Part shown: piece by piece, positions 30,384-42,839 of the stretch
How positions within the stretch are numbered: the first letter of the stretch is position 1
Layout: every line of letters starts with the position of its first letter
From: Acidimicrobiaceae bacterium
GTDB lineage: Bacteria; Actinomycetota; Acidimicrobiia; Acidimicrobiales; RAAP-2
DNA length: 64,000 nucleotides
Assembly (NCBI GenBank): GCA_003167415.1
Contig: PMTF01000020.1
Span: forward strand, 23,888 to 87,887
Reading direction: 5' to 3'
Translations under genes and position numbers: made by a program
The notes under the pieces: generated by a model
Told to the model about the DNA's origin: nothing
The model's database searches: none
Seen by the model: the letters and a program-made list of their open reading frames with translations, nothing else

Positions 30384-31043
30384 TCAGTCTCGCAAGCTCT
30401 CGAGGTACACCTTCTCCAACGCCACCCGAAGTTCTTCGCTCTTGGCCGTGAGCGCCGTGCGAGACACCCGACCTTCGGACGACGGCGGATCGATCGGCGC
30501 GCCGACGACGATGGTGATCTTCGCGGGTCGAGGCAGTTTGGCCCCCTTGGGCATCGCGCGGTCACTCCCGCCGATCCCGACCGGTACGACCTTGGCGCCG
30601 GTCCGGGCGGCCAAGAACATGGCGCCATCGTGCAACGGCGCCACCCCACGACCCTCTTGGCGGGTCCCTTCGGGGAAGAGCACCAGCGCGTGACCTTGTC
30701 GCAGGACCGCTGCGGAGCGCGCCATCGACTCGCGGTCCGCCGAGCCCCGGTGAATCGGAAAGGCGCCGAGATGGGTGATCAGTGGTCCGAGCAGCGGCAC
30801 GTGAAAGATCGAGTCCTTGGCCATGAAGAACACCTTGCGCTTCGAAATGAAGAGCGTCAGCGCGAAATCCACGTTGGAGCGGTGAATCGGTGCGATGAGA
30901 ACCGGTCCCTCGAGCGGGATGTTCTCGGCGCCGATCACGGTCGGTCGAAAGAGGAGTCGCGAGAGTCCCGACACCAGCGCGGCGCACACCCGATAGGTGA
31001 ACGTGCGCCGTTCGCTCAGTTCGAGGGGTTGCGCTTCAGCCAT
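30384..31043 (-). CDS. plsC: 1-acyl-sn-glycerol-3-phosphate acyltransferase
   Basis: 'HRSNVD' (HX4D) and 'FPEGTR' motifs. Confidence 0.85.
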   Translation of the reverse strand: MAEAQPLELSERRTFTYRVCAALVSGLSRLLFRPTVIGAENIPLEGPVLIAPIHRSNVDFALTLFISKRKVFFMAKDSIFHVPLLGPLITHLGAFPIHRGSADRESMARSAAVLRQGHALVLFPEGTRQEGRGVAPLHDGAMFLAARTGAKVVPVGIGGSDRAMPKGAKLPRPAKITIVVGAPIDPPSSEGRVSRTALTAKSEELRVALEKVYLESLRD

Positions 31044-31645
31044 TGAACAATCTCCTGGGCGACGTCGTCGACGTCTCGACCCGTCGTGTCTAGCACGAGG
31101 GCGTCGTCGGCTTGGCGCAGCGGCGAGGCGATCCGGGTGGAGTCGGCTTCGTCGCGGCGAGCGACGGAGTCCTCGCTTTCGTCGCCTCGACGTCGCGCAC
31201 GTTCTTCGAGCGACGCGGTCAGGAAGATCTTCACCGAGGCGTGGGGAAAGACCACCGTCGTGATATCGCGTCCCTCCACCACCGTGCCGAGCGGTTGGGC
31301 GGCCGCCAACTCGCGCTGTCGCGCGACCATCGACGAGCGAACCACGGGATTGGCCGCGACCACGGACACCGCGACGTTGATCTCCTCGGTGCGGATCTCG
31401 TCTTCGACGTCGCGTCCATTGACCGTGACGCGCGGCAAGGTCGTCAGCGTGGCTCCATCAGCTAACGCCGCGACCGCCGCCGCGTCGTGGACGTCGATGC
31501 CTTGGAACAGGGCCTCGCGCGTGATGGCGCGATACATCGCGCCGGTGTCGAGGAAGGACCATCCGAGTAAATCGGCCACCGCGCGCGCCACCGTGGACTT
31601 GCCCGATCCGGCCGGTCCGTCAATGGCGATGACCAGATCGCTCAC
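31016..31645 (-). CDS. cmk: cytidylate kinase
   Basis: 'IAIDGPAGSGKST' P-loop and 'DTGAMYRA' motif. Confidence 0.92.
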   Translation of the reverse strand: MSDLVIAIDGPAGSGKSTVARAVADLLGWSFLDTGAMYRAITREALFQGIDVHDAAAVAALADGATLTTLPRVTVNGRDVEDEIRTEEINVAVSVVAANPVVRSSMVARQRELAAAQPLGTVVEGRDITTVVFPHASVKIFLTASLEERARRRGDESEDSVARRDEADSTRIASPLRQADDALVLDTTGRDVDDVAQEIVQWLKRNPSN

Positions 31646-32919
31646 GCCAGTCGTTCCAGGTCATCAAAGAATTGCGGATAACTCGACGCGACGGTGTCGG
31701 CCGTGCCGATCGAACAGCCCGCGCCCGCGCAGCCCGCGACCGCACTCGCCATCACCATGCGGTGATCCAGTGCCGCGTCCAGTTCGAAGGTCGAGAACCG
31801 GGTGGCGCTCCCCAGACCCTCCACGAAGAGGTCATCTCCTTCGGACCACGCGCGACAGCCCAGCTTGGTCGCCAACGCCAACGATCCTTCGAAGCGATTG
31901 GACTCCTTGACGCGTAGTTCGCCGACGTCGCGAAAACTGCTGACGCCCTCGGCCGCGGCGGCCGCGACGACCAGCACGGGCACTTCGTCGACCGACGGGA
32001 TTTCCTGAGCGTGCACGTCGGTGGCCGTCAACTCAGAACTGCGCACCGTGAGTGACGTCATCGAGTCACCGCTCCGCAGCGTCATGGTGGCCCCCATCCG
32101 TTGGAGGACTCCGAGAAAGCCGACGCGCTCGCGCGCGTTGTCGATGTCGAGCACGTCGATGTCGGCGTCGGGGTGAATGCAGCCCAACACCGCGAAGAAC
32201 GCGGCCTGCGATGGATCGCCCGGCACCTGCCAATTTCGCGCGAGGGGACGACCGGGTTGGATCGTGACGCGTCGTCCCGCGTCACCCTCGATACTCGCCA
32301 CCGAGACGCCGGCGCGGGTGAGCATCTCTTCGGTCGTGGGCCGGGTTCGCACGTGCTCGACGATGGTCGTGGGCGAGGTGGCGCGGAGCGCGGCGAAGAG
32401 GATCGCGGACTTCACCTGCGCGCTGGCCATCGGCACCTCGTAGTCGATGCCGCGAAGGGCGTTCGTGCCGACGATGTGCAGCGGCGCACAAATCCGCGCT
32501 CCTTCTCCCGCGAAACGTGATCCCATCAACGACAACGGTTCGGCAACGCGGTCCATCGGACGCCGGGACAACGACACGTCGCCAATCAGCTGATGCTCAC
32601 CGGGCACTCCGCTGACGACGCCCGAGAGCAGACGCATCGTGGTACCGGAGTTTCCACAGTCGAGAGCCGCGTTACTGGCCTGCAGTCCGTCAGCGGGACC
32701 GACGATAGTGACGACGTCGTCGCGGTCGTTGCGAATCGCCCCGAGCTGTTCCATGATTTGACTCGTTGCCGCCACGTCCCTACCCGGCGACAGACCACGA
32801 ATAGTGCTCTCGCCGTCGGCCAGGGCGCTCACCATCAGGGCGCGGTGCGACGTGCTCTTGTCGCCTGGGACCCGAACCTCGCCGCGCAACGACTCGAAGT
32901 GTTCAACAGTGGCGTTCAC
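31642..32919 (-). CDS. aroA: 3-phosphoshikimate 1-carboxyvinyltransferase (EPSP synthase)
   Basis: 'VPGDKSTSHRAL' and 'GNSGTTMRLL' motifs. The GTG start overlaps the tyrA stop (GTGA). Confidence 0.93.
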   Translation of the reverse strand: MNATVEHFESLRGEVRVPGDKSTSHRALMVSALADGESTIRGLSPGRDVAATSQIMEQLGAIRNDRDDVVTIVGPADGLQASNAALDCGNSGTTMRLLSGVVSGVPGEHQLIGDVSLSRRPMDRVAEPLSLMGSRFAGEGARICAPLHIVGTNALRGIDYEVPMASAQVKSAILFAALRATSPTTIVEHVRTRPTTEEMLTRAGVSVASIEGDAGRRVTIQPGRPLARNWQVPGDPSQAAFFAVLGCIHPDADIDVLDIDNARERVGFLGVLQRMGATMTLRSGDSMTSLTVRSSELTATDVHAQEIPSVDEVPVLVVAAAAAEGVSSFRDVGELRVKESNRFEGSLALATKLGCRAWSEGDDLFVEGLGSATRFSTFELDAALDHRMVMASAVAGCAGAGCSIGTADTVASSYPQFFDDLERLA

Positions 32920-33992
32920 TGCTCGTGCGCCACTTGGAATCCCAGCGCCGACAGCGCGTCGCTGAACATCTGGGACTGCTGGGCGTCGACCGCGAGCAAC
33001 AGGGTGCCGCCCGTGCCCTCGATGCCGTGCGCGATCTCGATGTCGTAGATATTGACGAGCAGGTCTGACGCCGATCTCGTCACGCGCGCCAGAACTCCCG
33101 GTTCGTCGCTCACCTTCACTCGCAGATACGACAGGTCCTCGGTACTCAGCGCCCGACCGGGCAACTGCCGTCGGGCGCTCGCGGCACTGAGCAGATTCTC
33201 CAGGATGACGTCGCGTCCGTCATCGAGCAGCGCCTCGCGAAGCGTCTTGAGCCGTCCTTCGAGATTCTCGAGGCTCTGGACCACGGCGTCGCGGTTCTCG
33301 AACAGGATGTCGGGCCAGATTCCCGGGTCGCCGGCGGCGATCCTCGTCATGTCGCGGAAGCCTCCGGCGGCCAGTTGCAACAAAACGGCGTCCTGCTCGG
33401 CGACCTGGCTGGCCTCGTTCATCAAGGAGCCGGCCAGCAGGTGCGGTACGTGGCTCGCGATGGCGACCAAACGGTCGTGGTCGTCGGCGCTGATGGCCAC
33501 GACGTTCGCGCCTATCTCGCGCAGCACCCCGTGCAGAGTGCTGTAGGTGGTGGGCGACGTTCGATCGGTCGGCGTGAGTACCCAGGTGGATCCTTGAAAG
33601 AGCTCAGCGTTCGCGCCCGAGAGTCCTCGCAACTCCGAACCGGCCATGGGATGCCCACCGAGAAACCGCTCGTCGACCACCTGGGCCACGATCGATCCCT
33701 TGACCCCGGCGACGTCGGTCACGATCACGTCGGCGCGTGACAGTTTCGCCAGTGTTTCGTTCGCGAGACGCGCGACGACACCGGCCGGAGTGGCGACCAC
33801 CACCAGGTCGACCTCGGGCGAGAGTTCGGTGCCGGAGATGACCGCGCGTTCGATCGCCGATTCAATGATCGCCAAGTCACTGTCACTTCCGGTCACGGTC
33901 CAACCGTGTTCGTTCAGGGCGAGAGCAATTGACGCGCCGATCAGTCCGAGACCGATGACGTACGCGTGGCGACTATTCGGGGAGGTCATCAC
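32916..33992 (-). CDS. tyrA: prephenate dehydrogenase with C-terminal ACT-like domain
   Basis: 'VIGLGLIGASIA' NAD fold, 'GGHPMAGSE' motif and an ACT-like tail. Confidence 0.87.
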   Translation of the reverse strand: MMTSPNSRHAYVIGLGLIGASIALALNEHGWTVTGSDSDLAIIESAIERAVISGTELSPEVDLVVVATPAGVVARLANETLAKLSRADVIVTDVAGVKGSIVAQVVDERFLGGHPMAGSELRGLSGANAELFQGSTWVLTPTDRTSPTTYSTLHGVLREIGANVVAISADDHDRLVAIASHVPHLLAGSLMNEASQVAEQDAVLLQLAAGGFRDMTRIAAGDPGIWPDILFENRDAVVQSLENLEGRLKTLREALLDDGRDVILENLLSAASARRQLPGRALSTEDLSYLRVKVSDEPGVLARVTRSASDLLVNIYDIEIAHGIEGTGGTLLLAVDAQQSQMFSDALSALGFQVAHEQ

Positions 33993-34344
33993 GCAGGCCC
34001 TGGGCGTTTCGAAGGTACACGTGTCGAAGTTCGCTTCGGGGCCTGGTCGTGTAGACGTGGATCAGAATCCGGATGCACATCGGCATCGAGCCGGGCACGT
34101 CGATTTCACTGGCGCAGAGCAACGGAATGTCGCCGAACCCAATGCCCCGAGCCACCGTGGCCGGAAAGGCCGAGGTCAAGTCGCGCGTCGTGGTGAAGAT
34201 CACGCTGACCACGTCGTCGTGGGCCAACTCATTGCGATCCATCAACGCGCGCAGGAGTTCCTGGGTAGCGTCTTGGATCGACGCGGGCGAGTCCACGTCA
34301 CAGGTAGTGGCGCCGCGAAGGCCCCGGATTTGCGCCAATCTCAT
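33973..34344 (-). CDS. aroH: chorismate mutase, AroH class
   Basis: 123 aa with 'IRGLRGATT' and the 'SVIFTTTRDL' AroH pattern. Confidence 0.87.
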   Translation of the reverse strand: MRLAQIRGLRGATTCDVDSPASIQDATQELLRALMDRNELAHDDVVSVIFTTTRDLTSAFPATVARGIGFGDIPLLCASEIDVPGSMPMCIRILIHVYTTRPRSELRHVYLRNAQGLRDDLPE

Positions 34345-35081
34345 GTAGGCATCGTAGAGGCGATGGCGTCACTCATCCCAACGACCTCCATCAGACGGCG
34401 CACTTCGGCCAACGAAAGTTGGCGCGACGCACCGGGTGACAGCGTGGCGTCTTGAATCGGGCCGATGCGCGTGCGTACCAGACGAGTCACGTCGTGACCG
34501 ACCGCAGCGCACATCCGCCGGACCTGACGGTTGCGCCCTTCGTGAATGACAATGCGCAACAGTCCTTCGCTGACGCGGCTGACTTGGGCCGGACTGGTCA
34601 GCCCGTCGTCCAATTCCACGCCTTCGCGCAGACGCCGAATCGCGGCCGGCGACGGGTCGCCCTCGACCCGGGCCAGGTACTCCTTGGGGATACCCGAACT
34701 CGGATGGGTGAGGAGATGAGCGAGTCGGCCGTCGTTGGTGAGGATCAACAGACCTTCAGTGTTCATATCGAGGCGACCCACCGGGAAGATGCGCACGGGG
34801 CTCTCTACCAGCTCGAGGACGGTGGTGCGACCTTGAGGATCCGACGCGGTGGTCACGACGCCGTCGGGTTTGTTCAACAGGAAATAGACGGTGTTCTGGG
34901 CGGTGGGCGCCAACGAACCGTCGACGCAGATCACTTGGACGTCGGGGTCGACCCGGTTGCCGAGTTCGGCCACCCGACCATCGATCGTGACGCGACCCTC
35001 ACTGATGAGGATCTCGCACGCTCGGCGAGATCCGAAACCCGCGCGCGCGAGTGTCTTTTGGAGACGCTCGCCCTCGTCCAA
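34341..35081 (-). CDS. rluB: rRNA pseudouridine synthase (RluB/RsuA family) with S4 domain
   Basis: 'RLQKTLARAGFGSRR' S4 domain, 'GRLDMNTEGLLILTNDG' catalytic Asp motif and 'KEY' motif. Confidence 0.87.
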   Translation of the reverse strand: MDEGERLQKTLARAGFGSRRACEILISEGRVTIDGRVAELGNRVDPDVQVICVDGSLAPTAQNTVYFLLNKPDGVVTTASDPQGRTTVLELVESPVRIFPVGRLDMNTEGLLILTNDGRLAHLLTHPSSGIPKEYLARVEGDPSPAAIRRLREGVELDDGLTSPAQVSRVSEGLLRIVIHEGRNRQVRRMCAAVGHDVTRLVRTRIGPIQDATLSPGASRQLSLAEVRRLMEVVGMSDAIASTMPT

Positions 35082-35672
35082 CTACGAGACCTCGGAGCTT
35101 TCGTCGACGTCAATGCCCATCTCATCGACCAATCGGTTGGCCGTCTCGATCGGGGGCATGAACTCTTCGATGGGCGGCAGGTCACTGAGCGAAGCCAGTC
35201 CCATGCGATCGAGGAAGAGCTCGGTCGTGCCGTAGAGGATGGGTTGGCCCGGTCCCCCGGCGCGTCCCACCTCCTCGATGTACTGGCGTTGTTCCAATAG
35301 ACGCGACACGCCGTCGACGTTCACGCCGCGAAGTGCTGTGATCTGGGCGCGCGAAATCGGCTGTCGATAGGCAATGATGGCGAGCGTCTCCAACGCCGCT
35401 GAACTCAGTCGGTGCGAGACGTCACGACTGGCGAACTTGGCGACCCACGACGCCACTTCGGGCGAGGACTGCATGACCCAACCACTGGCCAACTCGGCGA
35501 ACTGAAAACCACGGCGTTCCTCGAGGAACTCCCCCCGCAGTCGTCGAAGCGTGGTTGTGACCTCCTCGGCGTCCGTTTCCACGACGTCGGCCAGCTCTTC
35601 GGCCGATATCGGCTCGAGGGCTACGGTCAGCATCGCTTCGAGTTTCTGTTCGAGCGTGAGCTCATCCCTCAT
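35082..35672 (-). CDS. scpB: segregation and condensation protein B
   Basis: The 'LEAMLTVALEPIS' and 'IAYRQPISRAQI..LRGV' winged-helix pattern. ATG at 35672 overlaps the scpA end by 11 nt. Confidence 0.87.
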   Translation of the reverse strand: MRDELTLEQKLEAMLTVALEPISAEELADVVETDAEEVTTTLRRLRGEFLEERRGFQFAELASGWVMQSSPEVASWVAKFASRDVSHRLSSAALETLAIIAYRQPISRAQITALRGVNVDGVSRLLEQRQYIEEVGRAGGPGQPILYGTTELFLDRMGLASLSDLPPIEEFMPPIETANRLVDEMGIDVDESSEVS

Positions 35673-36444
35673 AGACGTCCACCCTTCCGAGGTCGAGGTC
35701 GGATCCCTCGTCAATCCAAGCAATCCGCACGTCGCCGAAGGTAGACCCCTGGCCGAGTTCGACCAAACCGAGTTTGCACAGTTCGAGGAGAGCCAAGAAA
35801 TGAACGATGATCTCGATGCGACTGTCGAGCGATTCGGTGAGGGCGCGAAAGGACAGCGTTCCCATGGACGGAAGACGCTGCGAGAGCGACACCACGGTCT
35901 CGGCCACCGAGACCGCGTCGACGGTGACGTGATTGAGACGAAGAACCGCGACGGGCTTCTCCTCGATACCCCGAAGGTACGACCCGGCGAGCTGCGCGGT
36001 GGTCACCCCGGCCAATAGGTCCGGCGGCGTGACGACGAAACCGTCGTCGATGCCCCGCAGGCGCGGGTAGGCCCGCGCGGCGCGTTCGAGGAGTGACACG
36101 AACGCGTCGGACAGCGCGGCGTAGGTTCGGAGCTCCAAGAGTCGCGCCAGCAGAACGTCGCGCTCCTCCCAGCCCACGAACTCCTCGTCCGGTTCGATGT
36201 CGTCACGCCCGGGCAACAAAGTACGGCTCTTGATCTCGAGCAGGATCGAGGTGATGAGCAAGAACTCGGAAAGGTCTTCGACCTCGATGGTGACCGCTTC
36301 ATCACGCAGCACCGCGACGAAGGCGTCAACGATCGGACCGAGCGGCACGTCGAGCACGTCGACGTCGTGACTGGATATCAGTTGGAAGAGGAGCTCTATC
36401 GGGCCGCTGAAGGACGGCGTCGTCACGACGAAGGTCACCGTCAA
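35662..36444 (-). CDS. scpA: segregation and condensation protein A (kleisin)
   Basis: 'FSGPIELLFQLISSHDVDVLDVPL' N-terminal signature; 260 aa, upstream of scpB. Confidence 0.87.
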   Translation of the reverse strand: MTVTFVVTTPSFSGPIELLFQLISSHDVDVLDVPLGPIVDAFVAVLRDEAVTIEVEDLSEFLLITSILLEIKSRTLLPGRDDIEPDEEFVGWEERDVLLARLLELRTYAALSDAFVSLLERAARAYPRLRGIDDGFVVTPPDLLAGVTTAQLAGSYLRGIEEKPVAVLRLNHVTVDAVSVAETVVSLSQRLPSMGTLSFRALTESLDSRIEIIVHFLALLELCKLGLVELGQGSTFGDVRIAWIDEGSDLDLGRVDVYEG

Positions 36445-36488
36445 ACTCTACTTCGTTGAAGTGCGGTGGCTTCACGTAGAATTACTCG

Positions 36489-37457
36489 ATGAGAGTTCTG
36501 TCGGGCATGCAGCCGTCGGGCACGTTGCACATTGGCAACTACCTGGGGGCGTTGAAACAGTGGGTGGAGGCACAGAGCGCCGACGCGTTCTACTGCGTCG
36601 TCGATCTCCACGCCCTGACCCTGGAGATCGAACCCGAGACGTTGCGAAGCCAATCGTTCGATCTCATCGCGACGTTCTTGGCGGCCGGATTGGACCCTGA
36701 GGTCTGCACGATTTTCCTGCAGAGCGAAGTGCCGTACCACGCGCAAATGAATTGGCTCCTCGAGTGCGTCGCCACCTATGGCGAACTCAGTCGCATGACC
36801 CAGTTCAAGGAGAAGTCCTCTCGCAAGACGGGTTATCGCGTCGGCCTGCTCACCTACCCGGTCCTGATGGCCGGGGATATCTTGCTCTACGAAACGACCG
36901 AAGTCCCGGTCGGCGACGACCAGCGACAACACCTCGAATTGACGCGCGTGCTCGCCGAGCGCTTTAACAATCGCTACGGTCAGACCTTCGTCGTTCCCAT
37001 TGGCGTCCAGCCCAAGGTCGCCGCGCGCGTCATGGACCTCCAAGAGCCGACCCGCAAGATGTCCAAGTCGATTTCCAGTCCCCTCGGTTCGATCTACCTC
37101 ACGGACTCGGCCAGTGAGATCAACAAGAAGATCAAGAAGGCGGTTACCGACACCGACAATGAAGTGCGCTACGACTGGGAGCACAAGCCCGGCATCTCGA
37201 ATCTGCTCGATATCTACTCCAGCTTCAGCAACGAAGCGCCGCAGGCGGTCGCCGAGCGCTATACGCGTTACGGCGATTTGAAGAGTGACCTCTCGGCCCT
37301 GGTCATCGAGTCGCTCGCGCCGCTGCGCACGCGCTACCACGAACTGATGGCCGATCCCGCCGAATTACGAGCCGTGGTCACCAACGGCGCCGTGAAGGCG
37401 AGCGAGGTGGCCGGTGCGGTCTACCGGCGCGCGGCCACCGCGGTTGGCCTCATTTGA
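36489..37457 (+). CDS. trpS: tryptophan--tRNA ligase
   Basis: 'SGMQPSGTLHIGNYLGA' (HIGH) and 'KMSKS' motifs. Confidence 0.94.
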   Translation: MRVLSGMQPSGTLHIGNYLGALKQWVEAQSADAFYCVVDLHALTLEIEPETLRSQSFDLIATFLAAGLDPEVCTIFLQSEVPYHAQMNWLLECVATYGELSRMTQFKEKSSRKTGYRVGLLTYPVLMAGDILLYETTEVPVGDDQRQHLELTRVLAERFNNRYGQTFVVPIGVQPKVAARVMDLQEPTRKMSKSISSPLGSIYLTDSASEINKKIKKAVTDTDNEVRYDWEHKPGISNLLDIYSSFSNEAPQAVAERYTRYGDLKSDLSALVIESLAPLRTRYHELMADPAELRAVVTNGAVKASEVAGAVYRRAATAVGLI

Positions 37458-38088
37458 TAAGGCCGATCCACCAGTTCTCTAAGTCGCCCAACGCGTTCGA
37501 TCCGAAGTGGAATACGTACTCACTGAGGATCACGAAGAGCAGCACGAGCGGCAGGGCGCGCGCCCTCCAGTGGTAGTACGTGCCGAGGTGCTTGCTCGGT
37601 ACGAATCGTTCGATCACGGCCGATCCATCGAGCGGGGGAATCGGCAGCAAGTTGAAGGTCGCGAGCAGAAGGTTCGCGATACCCAAAGCGAGTCCGGCAT
37701 TGAAGAGTGCCGAGTTGTGAATCAAGACGGTGCCGGACCTGTTGACCACTGCGAGGTCGCACAAAAACAGGCCAATCGCCGATAGAACAATATTGACCAC
37801 GGGACCAGCGAGCGACACGTAAAGCGACTGCTGGCGCGGCTTGCGAAGGCGAGAGACGTTCACCGGCACCGGGCGGGCGTAGCCGAACGGCGGGAAATGA
37901 AATGCGATCAGCAGGGCCGGCAAGAGAATCGTGCCGAACGGGTCAATGTGTCGCATGGGATTGAGCGATAGTCGTTTCGCGTCCTTGGCAGTGGGATCAC
38001 CGAAAAAGTTGGCCACCCAACCGTGGCTGACCTCGTGCAGGATGACCGACGGCAGCAGCGCTATGTAGAGGTAGTAAGTGTGGAACAT
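37450..38088 (-). CDS. site-2 protease family (M50) membrane metalloprotease
   Basis: 'HEVSHG' HExxH motif in a TM segment; polytopic; 'NLLPIPPLDG' motif. Confidence 0.8.
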   Translation of the reverse strand: MFHTYYLYIALLPSVILHEVSHGWVANFFGDPTAKDAKRLSLNPMRHIDPFGTILLPALLIAFHFPPFGYARPVPVNVSRLRKPRQQSLYVSLAGPVVNIVLSAIGLFLCDLAVVNRSGTVLIHNSALFNAGLALGIANLLLATFNLLPIPPLDGSAVIERFVPSKHLGTYYHWRARALPLVLLFVILSEYVFHFGSNALGDLENWWIGLIK

Positions 38089-38101
38089 CGCGTCTTTCGA
38101 A

Positions 38102-38993
38102 TTAGTCGTGCGCCCGAGGGTGCGCGTTGTGGTATTCGCGTTTCAGCGACGTTACCGCCACCGCGGTGTATATCTGTGTCGTGGAGATGGACACGTGCCC
38201 CAGCAGTTCTTGCACGACACGAATGTCGGCGCCGTGGGCCAACATGTGGGTGGCACAACTGTGGCGAAACACGTGAGCGCTGATGCGCGAACGCTCGATG
38301 CCGACCGGGAGCGCCCGCTTGTCGATGATCAGGTCAACACCTTGTCGGCTGAGCGCGCCGCCACGAGCGTTCAGGAAAAGACGGGAGTCCTTTCGAGCGT
38401 CGGGGAAGGAGCCGCGCCCTCGCGCATCGAGATAGTCGCGAAGAGCGGATGTCAACGTGGAACCCATGGGTACCAGGCGCTGCTTGGAACCTTTACCGGT
38501 GACGAGGATCAGTCCCTCGTCAAAGTCCAGGTCCCCCAGGCCGATGCCGACCACTTCAGACACCCGAGCGCCGGTGCCGTACAGGAGTTCGAGTAACGCA
38601 CGGTCGCGCAAGTCAATCGGCGTAACGGCGGGAATGGAATCGAGCAACGCCGCCACCTCGTCTTCGCCCAACGGCTTGGGCAGTGAGCGTCCCCGTCGGC
38701 CGCCGCGCAGACGCACACTGGGGTCACTGGCCAGATGTCCCTCGACAACGAGGTACGCGAACCACCCGCGAATCGAGGCGACCGAGCGCGCGATGGACGT
38801 TTCGGCTCGCTTCGCGCGGCGAAGCTGATTGCAGTAGCCCTCCAGATCTTGTTCGCGCAGCGCGTCGAGTTCCAGGTCGGCGTCCTTCATCCACGACATC
38901 AGTCTCGACAGATCTCGTCGATAGGCCTCGGTCGTGGCGCGACTTCGCCCCTTCTCAATGGTCAGCCACTGCAGGTACTCCGTGAGATACCGA

Positions 38994-39007
<14 letters not shown>
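38102..39007 (-). CDS. xerD: tyrosine recombinase XerD
   Basis: 'ARG..LSRQGV' R-box and 'HVFRHSCATHML..GADIRVVQELLGH.SISTTQIYT' (R-H-R-Y). An in-frame TTG at 39007 overlaps the NUDIX stop and gives 301 aa. The longer ORF to 39175 would run through the NUDIX gene. Confidence 0.83.
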
Positions 39008-41194
<2,187 letters not shown>

Positions 41195-41258
41195 TCAACC
41201 GCCGCTTCCACGGAACACCAGCATAGCGAAGGCATCTGACTTTACAGAACTATTAACG

Positions 41259-42839
41259 CTATGTTTCGAGCATTTGCTGGGCCAGCGCCCTCGATTCGAC
41301 GGTGATCTCGTCACCGGCGAGCATTCGCGCTATCTCGTCCACGCGCGCTTCACCGCTGAGGGCTCGCACCGACGTGAAGACGTCGTCACTCTCGAAACGC
41401 TTCTCGATGACGAAGTGATGATCGGCTTTCGCCGCGACCGTCGCCAGGTGCGTCACGGCGAGGACCTGCTGGTGTTGACCGAGCTCGCGCAGGCACTCGC
41501 CGATCTGTTGGGCCACCTGACCACCGACGCCGGCGTCCACCTCGTCAAAGACCGCGACGACGTCCGCGTCGGCCGACTCGAGCGAGAGCGCCAAGAGCAC
41601 TCGACTCAACTCTCCCCCGCTCGCGAGCGCCGCCAACGGTCCCTCAGGTTGTCCCGGGTTGGGCGTGAAGAGGATCTGAGCGTCCGCGCCGTCCTCGCCG
41701 GCGACCACGAAGCGCAGCTCGGCGTGCGCCAGGGCGACGCGGGGCAACTGACTGGCGACGGCGGCGCTCAACGAACTCGCCGCCGCCACCCGCTCGCGCA
41801 AAGCCGCTGCGGCTGACGAGACCACGCGCGCGCTGAGTGTGTCAATCTCCGCGTCCAGGGTGAGCGTCCGGGACGACGCCTGTTCCAGAGCCACGTGACG
41901 AGCCCGATACTCGTCCAGCGTCGTCAACGCCACTGACAACGAACCGTACTTTCTCACGAGGGCCTGCAGAACGCTGGCGCGGTCCTCGAGTTCTTTCAAC
42001 GCCGACGCGTCGAAGGAATCCGGGTCCGTCAGCGCGGCCAGTTCGCGAACCGCATCGCGCGCCTGCTCGAGGGCCGCGCGCAAACCATCTCGTGACGGGT
42101 CGTAGGCCTCACCACGCGGCAGATTATTGATCGTTCGGGCGAACGTCGCGAGCACCGCGCCGTCGCCGTCGGCGTCGAGCTCGTCCAATACCGCAACGAG
42201 CGCCACTTGGCCGTCGCGCAACTCGGTCAGTCGCGTCAACTCTTCAAGCGTCTCCTCCAGTTCGTGGGCCGAGCGAATGGTGGCGTCTTCGAGCTCGGCG
42301 ATCTGAAAGGTAACGAAATCCAGTTCTCGAGCCCGGGCTTCGCCGTCCCCGCCCAGTGATGAGCGCTCGCGCTGGGCGTCGTGGAGGGCGCGACGAGTCT
42401 GAGTGAGTTGCTCGACCGACACGTCACCGCGGGCGTCGATGAGACGAAGTACTTCGCCCCGGTTGCGCAGGGTCAACGAATCGTGTTGGCCGTGGATGAC
42501 GATCAGTTGATCGGCGAGCGAACGTAGCGCCTCGGCGCTGCTCGGCGCGCCGTCGATGGAGCTGCGCAGGCGTCCCGTGGTGCCCGATTCGCGCGTGAGA
42601 ACGATTTCGCGCTCGCCGCTCAGATCGAACACGGCGGCGGCGCGCATATCGGGGGCGATCGCGGCCCGCGTAACCGAACCATCACCCCCCAAACAGAGAT
42701 CGAGCGCACCCAAGAGCAGGGTCTTGCCGGCCCCCGTTTCACCCGTCAGCACGTTGAAGCCCGGTCCGAACTCCAATCGGGCGTCTTGGATCACTCCCAA
42801 ACCGTGGGCGTACAACTCCAACAGTTGGGATTTAGGCAT
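41259..42839 (-). CDS. recN: DNA repair protein RecN
   Basis: 'VLTGETGAGKT' Walker A, long coiled-coil middle, 'SGGELSRV' signature and 'VFDEVDAGVGG' Walker B. Confidence 0.92.
   Translation of the reverse strand: MPKSQLLELYAHGLGVIQDARLEFGPGFNVLTGETGAGKTLLLGALDLCLGGDGSVTRAAIAPDMRAAAVFDLSGEREIVLTRESGTTGRLRSSIDGAPSSAEALRSLADQLIVIHGQHDSLTLRNRGEVLRLIDARGDVSVEQLTQTRRALHDAQRERSSLGGDGEARARELDFVTFQIAELEDATIRSAHELEETLEELTRLTELRDGQVALVAVLDELDADGDGAVLATFARTINNLPRGEAYDPSRDGLRAALEQARDAVRELAALTDPDSFDASALKELEDRASVLQALVRKYGSLSVALTTLDEYRARHVALEQASSRTLTLDAEIDTLSARVVSSAAAALRERVAAASSLSAAVASQLPRVALAHAELRFVVAGEDGADAQILFTPNPGQPEGPLAALASGGELSRVLLALSLESADADVVAVFDEVDAGVGGQVAQQIGECLRELGQHQQVLAVTHLATVAAKADHHFVIEKRFESDDVFTSVRALSGEARVDEIARMLAGDEITVESRALAQQMLET

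Noticed and set aside
29987-30649. 220-aa minus-strand ORF spanning the GT2 end, the gap and plsC.
   Set aside because: It is Arg/Pro/Ala-rich shadow sequence overlapping two supported genes in other frames.
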